DNA of 64,000 bases. It comes from Camelus dromedarius (taxonomy: Eukaryota). How positions within the stretch are numbered: the first letter of the stretch is position 1; each line of letters starts with the position of its first letter. Both the position numbers and the translations under genes were made by a program. The notes beneath the pieces are model-generated. The model saw only the letters and a list, made by a program, of their open reading frames with translations. It was not told the DNA's origin and ran no database searches. The DNA lies in the NCBI RefSeq assembly GCF_036321535.1, contig NC_087437.1, forward strand, positions 55,802,001 through 55,866,000, in the 5' to 3' direction. Positions 14,130 through 27,641 of this stretch are shown here, in pieces.

Positions 14130-17100
14130 TGTGAGAATGGGGACAGTGGCAAGATGAACTTACATACCTTGTCTACAGGGGCAACTACTCGGCAATTCCA
14201 GCCTGGTGTCATGGGGGAAGGTAGGCCTGGAGTTAAAAGATTAATTTTTCAAGAACATCTGGAACCCTGGCTTTGCATGTAATATCTCCAGATCTTCAAA
14301 TGATAGTATCAGGTTTTTTTTTTTTTTTAAGTTGTAAAAATCACAGACCAAACAAAACAGTAGCCAGACTGAATGGCATCCTTGCAATATATTTACCAGT
14401 GACAGGGGACAATTACTTAAAGTTTAAATAAAACAACTGAAACTAGAGCAGGCATCTGAGGGAAAAGTTATCGGTAAATATATTTCATTCGGAAACAATA
14501 ATTCTCTATTTCTTTCAAAAGTCTGTTTATAAAGTCATCCCCTCCTGCAGTGAACTAAACAACATACTGTCAAAGTAGATCTTTCTCAATTTGTTTTCTT
14601 GCAGTAAGTGACCTTTCTACCTTCACACCCCATACAATTTTATTTTGTAAAACTATAATGCTACGCAGCATTGGATCCTTGGCATAAAGAAAGAATCTTA
14701 TTTGTTTGTTTTGTTTTAATCCGTAGAGAATTTATGGGACCACGTAACCTACCTCTCTAAAATTGGCCAAAGCTGTGCTCAGAAAAGGACAGTGAGATTA
14801 AAGGGCTTGCAATCAGTTTTCTCAGTTCACTCACTGATGGCTGATCTTAATTGGGACATAAAGAGAGTGCCAGAAGAAAAATCGCCAGAAAATTGAGATA
14901 TAAACGGAGAATAATGTCATAGCATTTGCTAACGACTTGAGAAAAAGACAGTATGTCATTAGATCGAGCAGAGGTTTCTTCACATCAGCCCTGAGGGATG
15001 TGTGCTCTCCACGTCTTCCCATACGTGGGCTTTACACCTCCTCCTGTTTGCATTCCCTGCCGTTAGCCATTTCCATAGTGTGACCAAGTAACTGTCCCCA
15101 CCCCCTCTGGTGGAGCAGGACAGATGTATTTTTCTCATGGAAGGTATTTAGCAATCAGCTGTCATGTCATGAGTTAAAGCAACTGCATATGAAATAAATC
15201 CTCATGGTTTTCTATCAGCAGCAATTAGTATGTCTATCAGGTCACTGTGGCCAGAAGGAGGCTTGAGGTAACATAGCTTTCTGCCCAACAACTTCTAATT
15301 TTTTGAGATTAAAGGAAAGTTTGTTGTAGGATAGAAAGGAAAATCTTAGATTCTTTGAAGCCCTGCAGATGTTTTGTAGACATGGGATGTTTTCTTTTTT
15401 TTAGGACAACGGGTCCTCTAATTAGGCACACAGAGGCCTAAAGGTAGTGATCTTAGCAGCCTTCTCTCCTGTGGTTTTTAATAAAGATTACGACCCCATC
15501 ATCAGGCTCCCCTCAGCTGAAATTTAAAGGAAACTGAGAGTAGCCAGAGGCCCTGGATCTAGTTTATTGTGAGGTAAGTTAGGGAGAGAGTCTCACTTTA
15601 TGAATAGAATGAGCCTTCTCATTTTGGTTTGAATCTAATAATGAAGACTCATGATGTCTTAGTGAAAACAACAGAACAGTACAATCCGCCACCTTGTTAC
15701 TGTATGAGAAAGGTCTGAAGAGTTGGAATGTAATTTCCAGGGGTTTTTACGTGGGATTAATTCTGAATCTGTAAGTTCACCCAACAGGTGTGCTTGTGTG
15801 GGTTACTTCATTTAGGATGCACTTTTTGTTTTACTTTTTATGCTGTTTAACCAGTATCATCTGCACTAAATCTTGTGGAAAATACAACAAATAAGATGAG
15901 GACACCATTTCAAAAGACTTTCCTCTTTCTTCGATTGGTTTCCAAGTTGTACTAAATAGGACGAAGGATGATTGCTTAACTTAGGATTTGCATTTGAATT
16001 TGAGAAGTCATCTGACAGGGTCCTGAAGAGGGTGGCTGGTTAAGTAGAACGCAGAGTTTAGAAGGCCAGCTTATGGGTACTAACAAGCTACAGGATCTGG
16101 GGCAAGTAACTTTGTCTCTGCCAATCTGTTAAACGGGTATTGTAATATTTACTTGGTAGGATTGCTGGGAGGCTTAATTAAAGTTCACAAAGAACTTTGG
16201 GAGCCTGAGAGGTGAAGCTCTGAAAACACATGTTATTATCTTATCCTACATTTTTATTTTTAGATTTCCCTGCATGAATACTACATCACATCCATGCCTA
16301 CATTTCAGGCAGTTTTTCAAAGTTTTCTGTTTATAAGCAGACCCAAAATGAAACATCACAGATCTGTAAGTCCCTAGGAATCTGGGATGAACATATATGT
16401 AAACATATGTGTATTTTTTTTTCTAATGTAAAATAATTTCTTCTTAAAACAGGTTTGATTGGATCCTGTAACTATTAATCAGATACTTTTTTTCTTAGGT
16501 CTTGGTGTTTTATTGGTAACATTGCAGCAAACCAGTATGGGAGTTTTAAATTGTGATCATTTTGATTAGGTCATTAGAAGAAGCATTTAATCTTTTTCCT
16601 AAAAATGCAGAAGTAGATACACATATTTATATAAATACAAATATGTTATTCTTGTTGAGTAACAAAGGAATTGATTTATAATAATTATAATTTGGACTTC
16701 AAAGATATTCCTTCTTTCTCTCCTTTTACTTACTTTTTTCTTCTGCCCTTTGTGTTAATTTGAGATTTTCATATTTATGAGTACAGAGCTGTTATGTTAA
16801 ATGATATAAATTACCTCTACTTTTTTTTTTTACTGCTTTGTATTATTGGAAAAGCAAATTTCATTTTCCCATAAGAACAACATTATAATTATGGATTACA
16901 TTTCTGACCAAGGAATTGTCATCAAGTCAGTCATAGATATGATTAACTCTGTGTCATAAAAGCAAAGCTCTACTATAAGCTATAGCTATTGTTTAAAATA
17001 GCAAAATGATTCCCATATTCCTACAAAATTCGTTTAAATATCTTGTATGCCTTGACATGTAGATATTATTTACTTAAAAAAATCTTGTTATTTTTATAAA

Positions 17101-19811
17101 TGTGACTTGTCTAAAGCTGACATACTCTTATAATAAACATTTAACTTAACATTTGACATACCAGAATTTTGATGCATTTGATATGTACTAATTTGAGAAG
17201 TCTATTTTCTCAAAATTTTTTCTAGGGGAATTAGAATTAATACTTACAAAATGTATTCCTTTTGCTGAGAATTATATCCAAATAAATTCTGTAGTGTAAA
17301 CCATTATTTATTTTTAAGATATTGAATCCATTTTTAAAAGATATGATGGATTTTGCTTGTAAGAAAAAAACAGAAAAACTAGATTTTTTTGAATATGAGA
17401 AGAGAGTTTTTGTGAGTGTTTACTAGCCCTGTCTGCCACCATATTCTCCAAAGTGGAGTAGTCTTGAGAGGCAAAAATGTCCCCCAAAGCAGCTGGTTAC
17501 AAGAAGGGTGGGGAGTGTTAATGGAGAGAGGTCTGTTCTTTGCCTTGGTGATCAGTCGTGGAGGCCTTTGAGGACACAGATTGTGTATGAGACCCAGGGT
17601 TTGGTGTTTGCCTTTCAACGTTGTCTATTCAAGTTTATCACTTGCTCTCCGTCTTCCAACCTTTCTGTACAAAACAATGGCATTAGTGGGAAAGACTTTT
17701 GGGAAATGGTGTTTAGTTGATAATTAGATAAAGCAGATTGACCAACAGGTAAAATAAAAAGTATTTTCATAAAAGAAATTTGGAATACCTTTTTCTATAC
17801 TTCCGCAGTTGGAATGGATGCATAGGAAGTGTATCCTGTTGTGATAATTAATTATTCCTTTTTTGAACTAACCCACATAGACCAGTAACCTCTTTTTTCC
17901 TTTTCTCATTGTCATGCCTAGAATGTGTTGAAGTTATGTATGTAAAAATAAATGCACACTCTTTTAAAACATTTCAGTCTAACTTTATTCCCTTTGAGTT
18001 TAAGAAGATACTTGGCAAATAACTATTTTAATTAGTCTTTAAATAAAAATCATCAGCCGCTTAAGAGTTATCATGGGCAACTCATTCTTTAAGCTTATAT
18101 TTTTCTTTCATAATATGGTTATGGATTATAGTTTATCTATCTTCAAAGACTGTAGCTTACACTTTCATGTATAATTGTAACAAAGGCATATTTTGCAGAT
18201 ACTTATATTTTATTGGTATAAAAATCGGGATGACAAGTGATGGGGAACTTGAGATGTAGAGAAGAGAAGAGATGTCTCACTCAGCAGCAGAACCAGAAGG
18301 AAATACAGACTTCTTTCTGTCTAGTTTCCTACTCAAAAAGCATACATAAATACATAGCTATTTGTATATGTTTCTATAATATGTTCATATTTCAGAATTG
18401 ATTTCTTGCCTAGCACTCCACAGCTTTCAATTATAATGCTCTTCTTTGCATACACATTTTAGACATAGATGTTAAAAGGTATAAGAGTTGTGCTGGGAAC
18501 AGTCTTTCCATTAAGCTTTTCTAGAATCTTCTCTCATTCCTACATTCAAGTGTAATCATGCTCGTAGATACTCTGGGATTAGGAGTGGGATGAGGGAAAC
18601 GATAAACAAAAGATCAGCAGGGAGAGGAAAGTGAAATGGAAATAGTGAGTGGGTCCTTCTACAAAGTATAACGTGTACACCTTAAATTTATGAATGGGAT
18701 GTTTTCTAAGATACTTTTGTAGCTCTGACAGTATATTTTCATGATCTGGACTTCTACTTTGAGGAAAGAAGCCAAACCAATTCAATTGGAATGTTCCAAT
18801 TCAATCTAAAATCTTCACTTCCTCGAGTACCGCATTCTGTAGTCTACTGGATGTTTTTGCTTTGATGTGTGAGAACATAGCTCTTCTTTCCTTCAGCTGT
18901 CTTTTTGGGAGAGCTGATGAGGCTAGTTCAGAAAAGGAGGGGAAACGGGGGACTTCTTACTTTTTCCTCCCTAGCAAGTCTTATTCCTTTAGGAGAACTG
19001 TGCATTTACTTCAAAACATCCACAATACTAGACTATCCTAGTCAATAAATCTGGTAAATACATAATTCTATGTACTTTTCTAAAATGCTTTAACATTTGC
19101 AGGGAAGAATTTTTCTGTAATCATCTGCCTGTATTTTAGTGAAATCAAGTTAGGCAATGTAATTTTAAGTCCCTCTTCTCATATGTGGTCGTGATGGTTT
19201 TATTTTGAAAGATGTGAGTTGTCACTCTTTAGTTAATGCCATAATGTAATTACAATAGTATTTTCATGTAGAAGCATTTTTTTAATTTTATATGTTCTTT
19301 CCTCCTGTTAGAAATATTCTTTTATTATAATTACATTTGAATCTAAGTTTTCTTCCCACTAACTCAGAACTCTGCCTAACTTCACAGAGCTTAGGTTTGA
19401 CTCTGATGTCACACTGTTTGCCTTTGAGGAGCCTAGTGAGTATCCATGTAGATACAGAAATGACCAGAGCTACTTGTGTATCTTTTGCCACTGGTCTGCA
19501 TAGAGCGTCTGCCGTGTTCACCATGGGGAGAGTGCCTTGAGATAAAGTTAATTAGAAGAGGAGGAATTAGCTTGAACATTTTATGCCTGGGTACTGCCCA
19601 CACTGTTACGTGAACAGTTGAGAAAGGTAATAGCCTTCCGAGAGTTGCTCATAAGCATTCCCAAGCTAACAGATTTTTCTTTTTTAAAATGGTATGAAAA
19701 TTCATTTTGAAGGTGTCACTTGGGCATATGGTTGTGGGGCATAGATTAGTGCCTAAGTCATTGCTTTCATGCTTTGTTTGACATCAAAATTCAGGTCTCA
19801 GAAACCAGAAA

Positions 19812-19819
19812 AAAAATAA

Positions 19820-19852
<33 letters not shown>
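19812..19852. repeat. A-rich/(AAT)n microsatellite
   Basis: About 10 tandem AAT units after an A-run. Confidence 0.95.
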
Positions 19853-19853
<1 letters not shown>

Positions 19854-22099
19854 TAGTAAAAATAATACTTTGAAACATTTCACCAGAATAGGAAACGATC
19901 TTTTTTACATAAATTCCTGGTTGAAAATGACAGTATTCTTTCAACTGCTAAATTACATTGAGATGTGATATAAAATGTATAATCCTGTACAGCATGAGAG
20001 GTACTTAGCAGTGTATCTGTTTTAGTTACCTTGTGAGACTGAAGGTTACAGACTGTGACCCATCTCAGTGCTTGGCCATCCAGCACAGCCTTGCCTTTTC
20101 CTGAGAGCAGGGACTGTGGCTCTTGTACTAAAGAATGAGCAGAAGTGCCTAAGGACGTGGAGCAGGGAGTTGAAAGAATTCAGGCTTGGCGGTCAGATAG
20201 ACCTGGGGTTGAATTCCACCTGTATCTGCGTGGCCGTGGGCAAGACTATCCCCAGGGCACTTCTTCGGCCCTGCTATGGGGATTATGCGTCTCTAGTAGC
20301 AGGGTTATTGGCAGGGTTAGATATAATAAATATAGACTGCCTAACAGTGCCAGGTAGATGGTGATTTTTATTAGGATGGATCGTAAGTTTAGGATTAGAA
20401 TTTAGACTAAACCTGCCCTTCTCACAGGTCTGCCAGGCACTGCAGTAGGGAATCCGGTCTGTGGAGTAACTCTGGCTTCAGGTGCCTTTCACGATTGATA
20501 CATTGGAACAGTACTTTAAAACTTTTACCCCAGTTAGGAGCCGGGGAAAATGAATGCCTGCTTTGGACATCCTGAGGGTAAAATCTGAAGGGTTCTGTAG
20601 AAAAAATATAATTTCTGTAAAACACATTTCAACTTTTCATTTTAATATAAATATACATTTCACTAGAAATATTTCTTTTCCTCATTAAATGTTTAGAGTG
20701 AAAATTCCAGGAAGATGAGTAACATTTATCGGGTGGCTTTGAGTTACACTCGGGCACACTGCCATGAATATTTCTGAGGTAAAAGTACCATAAACAACTA
20801 TTTAAGGGGCACAATTTTAAGATAAAGTGATTGGCTCTGGGCAAAAGCACCAGGCGGTTATTTATTTTTACCACTTCAACCCAAAAAGAACGAGGACCCA
20901 TGCTCTGAAAGGGTGATATTCTTTTTTTTTTTCTATCTACATTTTCTGTCAATCATTTGTAGAATTGTTACCCACTTTACATTGTTTTTCCAGTTTTCTA
21001 TCATGTCTATTCTGAAGGACTCTTACAATCAAATGTGTGTATGTGTGTGTGCATATATATGTACATACGTACGTCTTGTGTCTGTTCTATGTATTGCGTG
21101 CATCCAAGTATCCTCACCTGTTGTTTGGTTCGTTTTTTCAAAGGGTGGTATTTTTAATCAGTCACACAGAGCTCCCCTTTTTATTGCTAGACTTTCTGAA
21201 ACCAGCCACATTCTACCTCGTTCGGATGGCCCCAGAGGGCACAATTACCACCGAAGACGGGAAGTCACAGGATGGCAGATTCCAGCTCAGGAGGAGGAAT
21301 GGTCAGGGTCCCGTGGGGCTGGAATGCGCTTGCCTCCAGTGGTGGCCAGCGCGCAGCCCCTGGAGGGCGTCAGAACAGAAAGGAGACCCTTGCCTCAGGT
21401 TTTGGATGACGGAATGAGCCAAGTGGCCTCTGAAGTGCTCTTTGAATTAAAACTCCTTTGCATCCAGAAGAGAAGACTTAATGTGGCTGGAAAGAGAAAG
21501 GAGGACAGCAGCTGGCCAGGTGGCTGGTTAAGTGGGGAAGAGAGTAGGCTTCCCAGACAGGCAGTGGGAGCCGCTGAGGGACAAACAAACACAGAGTCCA
21601 GCCTGCTCTGGGCTCCTGGAGACAGGGACTCTGCCATTGCGCCTGAAGCGATGGCCGTGGGTAGGAAAGAGCAGAAGGTGGCATGGGGCCGGCCTACGTC
21701 GGTTAGGGCATTTGGGCTGTATCCCACCGGCAGTGTGCTGACACTGAATACTTCCTGAGCACAGGAATTATCATGCTCAGGACTGTAGATAAAACCCATT
21801 CAACTGGTAATATACGGAGGTTGGTTGGAGGGGACCTGGAGGAAGGGAAGCAGTTTGGAAAATGCCACAGGAGGGCAGACACAGGATGGCGGGGCTGAGC
21901 GCTCGCTCTGCGATGCGGTGCGCTGGCTGTGGGAAGGGCAGAAATGAGAGAGGGCAGAGGCAGCTGCTGACATCACTACTTCCAGAGGCTACGTGGGAAA
22001 GCAGGGAGGCGGAATGGAGAGCCAGGGAGGGAGCTGGAACGATGAACTGTCTTACTCCAGGAGAGCTGTCCCTAAGTGGTCAGTGCAGGCCGCCATTTT

Positions 22100-22240
22100 C
22101 TAGCTGAGACCTTTGCTGATCGCTTAACCCCTCTGGTGCCTCAGTTATCTTATCAGTCAAACCAGGATAATGACACCTACTCTCCAGGGTTGTTGTGAGG
22201 ATCAGATGAGATAATGAGGTGAAAGCGGTCTGTAAACTCG
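22100..22240 (+). mobile_element. MIR SINE
   Basis: 'cttaacccctctggtgcctcagttatcttatc...acctactctccagggttgttgtgaggatcagatgagataat'. Confidence 0.85.
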
Positions 22241-23109
22241 GAAGTCCGTCCTCCAGCAAACTGCCGCCCCTGCCTGGAGGTGGGGGCAGCAGGAACGGCT
22301 CCTGTCTCGCAGGGTGAACACTGGCATTTTTTTTTTTTCATCTGAGCTCGAAGCTGAAGGTGTTGGTTGAATGAGGCGATTCTTATCCAGCTTATTTCAA
22401 AAGTTCCTAATAAAAGCTGAAGACCTATTAGTTCCTGAACACTTGAGCCTTCTGCCTCTCTGCTCTCCCTGGGGAGAAACCCAAGTCATCTAGAGACCAG
22501 AACCCACACTTCTCTCCTGGACTGATGGAAAGGGCTGGTGGCGGGAGATAAGGACCTTTCTGTAAGGTTCTTCTCACTGACTGTGTACACAGGCTTCCCT
22601 CTGCAGACGGTCATTTTCTCAGTAGGGTGGCTGCTATCACACAGACAGCACTGCGCCTTTCTCCCCATGCTGGACAACAGACATGGTCACATCAGTGCCG
22701 AGGTCCTAAGCCATCCCTTCCAGGGACTGATTTCCCCTGGAAGCACCAGGGACAGGAGGGGCCCTTGCCTCTCAGATTCCCATGACTGAATCATGGCCAT
22801 GAGCTAATGTCTCCAGCTTTGTGAGTCAGTGCTGGCCCAGCCTCAGTTCTGCAGGTAAGAAAAATGAAGACACAGGTCAGACTCCCCTCCCATCTTTGGC
22901 TTGCAAGGGGGAAAGGCAAACTGAGCCATCGCCAGAAAGTGGTATTTTGGAAATCAGACGTCTGGTTGCTCTCCTCTGTAAGGGTATGGAATAAGTGTGC
23001 ACGTTTCTTTAAGAGTTAGCAGTGCTATTTTTACAGATCCCATGCTTTTTGTGTGTGCTTTGTTTTGCTTCAGGCAAAGTAGGTGAAATGATGTGCTTGG
23101 GAGATGAAT

Positions 23110-23220
23110 GTTCTTGTAACAGGCAAGATGTAGCTTGCAGGAAAGCATCTGTAACCAACCCATTCTGCATGAGATAGGGCCAAGACTTGTTTGTGTTTTA
23201 TTGCCTGTTCAAACATGTCC
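23110..23220. promoter_or_regulatory. Cluster of p53/p63-type response elements (candidate C38-like enhancer)
   Basis: TTGCCTGTTC-AAACATGTCC (23201-23220, no spacer), perfect half-site AGACTTGTTT (23183-23192), AGGCAAGATG-TAGCTTGCAG (23121-23140). Confidence 0.55.
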
Positions 23221-25214
23221 AATTTTTTTAAAAAAAGATTTATAAACTTTTAGAGGATTCCTCTTAAAACGTTATTCCTTCCTATAACAGAAATAAATGT
23301 TAATAGCCTGGTGGATTTATCCGCATGGTGTGTGGGCAGTCCCAACATTGAGCTATAAGTGTTATAAAAATTGTTGTCAATATGAAGTCGATGTAAACAT
23401 ATTAGGAATGTCAGGAATAATTCATAAATCTACCTCGTAATCCAATAGGCACAAAGAAATTATGTTTTCCAAATTTTTTGATGTTCATGATAAAGATTTT
23501 ACGCAAAGAATAATGAGACGCACCTGGATTTGTTCTGCCAAACACTCAGAGGTATTGCTCAAAATTTGATCAAAAAGAAAATAACAGAAAGGAGGAAGAA
23601 ATAAGTGAGGGGGGAATAAGCTTAAATGCTGTCAATATTGATTAAACAACAGGATTTTTAGTTGTCTCTCTTGCTCTCTGTTCTTTGTCTTTCTCATATA
23701 TATCATAAGTATATGATGATATATATATACATATATACCATATATGTATATACCATATACATATATATCATATATATTATGTGTATGACATGTATGCATG
23801 CATATATATATATAAAATAAACATAATAAAAAATATTCCATGGGTTAGTGAGAAGCCTACTTATTTTCTTGCTTTAATAGGTCTTATGACAGTGATCTAC
23901 ATCCTGACACATCGTTTGGGAAGGAGGTTGGGGGTATGAGCTATAGTTTATAATGAGTCTTCAGAGTCCACAAGACTGTCCCTCTGCACTACTTCTGCAC
24001 CCTCTCCTGTTTTCCCTCCTCTTCCCCCTTCTTGCTTCCTTTTTCATTCTGGCAAAGACATGAGCTACAGTGGTGAAAAGGGCAAAGAAAGCAAGAAAAG
24101 GGTAGGGAATGGTGAGAAAAATAGTAAAGAAACTTCCAGAACTTAAAGTTTAGTGATTCTTTTTAGTGAAATGAATCCTTTGAGCTTCTAAAAGGGCAGA
24201 GAGTGTAATGAAAATTTTCTTCCCCATAAAGCCAAATCTTTTCACACTTTCTGAGGCATCTATAGGTATTATTTGCCACAAGGATACATGTTGTTCTCTG
24301 GCTTAGCAAATTCCGAAGCATTTTGTCACTTAAAGTGAATCGGGGTTGATTATATTCGATCAGTTTCTTGTAAGAGGCATTATTTCATATTCAGAACCTT
24401 AATTTTCCTTTTGTTCATATATACTTTAAAAAGTGATTTTTCTGGACCACAAAGTGTTAACAGTGGGTCTCTCTAGGAAGTGAGATTACACGCATTTTTC
24501 ATTTTAACTAGTTGTTGTTTTTCTGTTTTTAACTTTTCTTGGCATATCAAGACATGTACAATTTTTATTCGAGAGAAATATTGATTAAATACAGTATGAA
24601 GGAACTATACAGAGGTAAGGATCTGAGTGAAATACCCCAATAAAAAGATAAAGAGGACTCTTTATTAATAAATTTCTGAAAATACCAGGCTATGTGGAAA
24701 GCTCGGTAATTGCAGGAAAACGATGGTGTTATATTTTTTTTTCTTGAAATATTTAAAACTTTACCTTCTCAGAGGCTTCAGAATTACTACCCAACCAAAC
24801 TGGGGTGACCAAGTGTACGCTTATCATGGTCATCAGGGTTTTCCGTTCGGTGCTTTGTATATTGTGTATCATTTGCATATGCACTTGTCCCCAGGTGCCT
24901 TTGTTGAAGCTAAGTTGAAGACATCATATCATTAAGTCTCAGTTGTTAGAATTCACTGAACCATACCGTTAGTTTCAAAGTGAGTTTCTTGAGCACTGGA
25001 AGAGGCACTTTGAAGCAAAACAGACATAACTCCACAGTTTCTGAGTAAACAAGAGACCAGACCCCTCTGAGACTCAATTTCCCCCTCTTTCAGATGTAAA
25101 TAATCTCCCTGGCAGGTTATTGAGAGTGAGTGTGGGAGCCCACAGTCCAGTGCAGGCCACTGAGCAGTCCCTTCATAAATCATGCTGGTTACTGTTAGAG
25201 CTCGATGCTGGAGG

Positions 25215-26215
25215 GTAATCCTGTTCGTAGGTAAGTTAGCCCTTCTTCAGAAAGCTCACAGTCTATCAGGGAAAACTGATAAACCGAGCTGTAATTCAGT
25301 GTGACAGGTGCTATAATCTGTCTGGAATGTCCCCCTACCCACCACCTTCCCTTGTCTGCCAGGCAGACTCCTACTCAGCCTTTAAAACTCACTGAAAGCC
25401 TTAATTGTAAGTGAAGCCTTCCCTTGCCATCTGTCTTCACCTGCACCCCCTACACACCCACCACACACACACAAAGACTCACACTCAGGAGTTCCTTCTC
25501 TTATGTTCGTTACACTTTGTACATGTATTCAGAATCACAGTGTCTGTCTCACCGTTACCCTGCAAACTCAGAGGCAGTAGCTTTGTCTTTTCATCTCTGT
25601 AGCTTAGTGTTGGCACATGTAATGGGTCTCAACAAATATTTGTCAGATAATATCCTTGCTGAACAAAGTGTGATACAGCACGGAAAACAGGCTGATTTGT
25701 TCAGCTTCACCAAGGACTTGACATTTAAAGTTGGCTCTCCAAAGCGGAGCAGGGTCTTGCAAGGGGGACAAAGAGAAAGGACATTCCAGGTAGAGGATCC
25801 AGGTAAAAAAGGGCATGGAGATAAAAGAGTGTTGTGTAAGTCTGGAAGTAGGAAAGAATCTGACACACCTGGACCACGCAGTGTTTGGAGGAATGGGAGA
25901 GGAGCAGAAAATGAGGCTGGAGAGAAGTTCACAGAGCTGGAAGGACAGGGCCTCTGAATCATCCTTAAGAGGTTGGCTTCAGTCTTACAGGCATTGAGGA
26001 GACATGGAAGGGCTTTGAGTAGGGGGATGACATCATACTCTACCAGAGGGAGATAACTGGCAGTAGGATGGAGGTGGGAGGACTGGAGGCAGGGAGGCTG
26101 ATTGGGAGGCTGTTGCAATAATTCAGGTAAAAGGTAAAGCAAGGGGAGATGAAGGTGAGTTGGTGCTTTGGAGTGGATTTGCAGTGTGTATTTCTGAGAC
26201 AGAAACCCACTCACA
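25215..26215 (-). mobile_element. Degenerate L2 fragments (mainly antisense, with a sense piece at about 25320-25650)
   Basis: L2 motifs such as 'gaagctcacagtcta', 'gaaggacattccaggtagagg', 'gggaggctgttgcaataattcagg'. Confidence 0.65.
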
Positions 26216-27590
26216 TTTGGGGCCATTTTGACTCCTAACATTGTAGCATTTCCTGCACCGTTGTTTTGGAACTGCTTCTTATCAGGACTGCAGGCATGAA
26301 CCAGTCAAAGGATATATTCCTCAAGTGTTTGGGGACTTTTTGGTGTTATGCTTTCACTTTCTTCTCTTAGGATTCATCTTGGCTGTTTAGCCTACTGCTT
26401 TGTGTGTGAGAGGACCCACATGTTTGTAGTTGACCAGAGAAAGAAGCATTTTCTGTTCCCTCTGGTATTGCCTTGCATTGGAAGTATCTGGGAAGAAATT
26501 TTATTGATGGAAGAAGGAGGAGCTCTAGCCAGGGAGCCACTGACTGACTTGATGGCTTTGGCCAGATCCTTTTGCTGCTTTGGACTACAATTTCCTTATC
26601 TTTAAAAAAAAAAGTATTGAGCTAAATCTTTAATCTATCTTCCTACTTCTTGTCCTAAATATAAGAATGAGCACTTTTGGCTTTTTATTGGGTAAAAATA
26701 ATATCTCTAACACTAGCTCATGGAAAACAGAAGAATCTTTCACTTTGCTTTGGGTCTAATGAAAAAGATAGAAGCAAGCATGCTGTGAAAAAAACAACAA
26801 TGCTAATTTACAATGTCAGTAACTAGAAAAATGTACTTGTGTTTTGACCAAGGGTTGGCCCTCAGTTGAGTTCAGTGAATTGAATTATAAAATCTCTCCA
26901 TTCCTTTTTGCTGAATGTTAGTGATGGATTTGTTACAACAGATGTTTACTGTTTACAAAAAAAAAAAAAAAAGAAAACTACTTTTATTTTAAGAAAGGCT
27001 GAAAATTTTCTTAACAGACACTGTGTTCCTAAACCTAGCTATAGGAACTGGACCAAGAAAGAGACTTTGAAAATTACCTACTGAGAGAACCAAGCATCTC
27101 AAAAGAGGAATTGGGAAATCAGTTAAATCATTCTTCCTGCTTTAGTGCCTGGTACATGCTGTTTCTGAGAAGTAAACTACAGTGAGTGCTCTAATTGGTA
27201 CTAAATAGAATATAATTAAGAGCTTTAAGCATTCATTCGGAAAACTGGATCCATACAAATACGTTAGAATCCGACCATTAATTTTTAGAGAGTCCTCTTC
27301 CCCTTCTCATTCACCTAATTATTTGACCCAGATACTAAGGGATGGAATGGAAGAGCTAAAGAAGGATATTGTTGCATGTATTGTTTTAAAGTTATCACTA
27401 GACAATGTTTGGAATAACTTCTTTGAAAATTAGTTCATTGCCTTTCTTAACTAAACTCACTGTCAATGATCTCTATAGTTTTCTTCAAATATTTGCCCCT
27501 TTAATCCTTTCATTAGCCAACCAAAATGTAGCCTTAAGTTTTTTCAACCAAGGTAAACTATTTTTCTGGGATAAATTTGTACTCATTACA

Positions 27591-27641
27591 CAGGCACATC
27601 TCACCTGATGTATAATAATCTCTCTGTACACAATCTGGGAT
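27591..27641 (+). other. Single-arm sequence homologous to human pre-miR-944; not a hairpin, so probably not a microRNA gene here
   Basis: CAGGCACATCTCACCTGATGTATAATAATCTCTCTGTACACAATCTGGGAT resembles the 5' arm and terminal TCTGGGAT of hsa-mir-944 as I remember it, at the expected position in intron 4. Confidence 0.75.

Noticed and set aside
20913..21758. 281-aa ORF, the longest in the track
   Set aside because: Non-ATG start, includes poly-T and TG-repeat low-complexity sequence, no recognisable domain; consistent with a chance ORF in a GC-rich intron patch.
25424..26241. Overlapping 177-aa (+) and 216-aa (-) ORFs
   Set aside because: Lie within degenerate L2 sequence with no recognisable protein motifs.
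27591..27641. Annotating a functional MIR944 gene
   Set aside because: The complementary 3' arm, which carries the mature human miRNA, is absent on the + strand; no hairpin.
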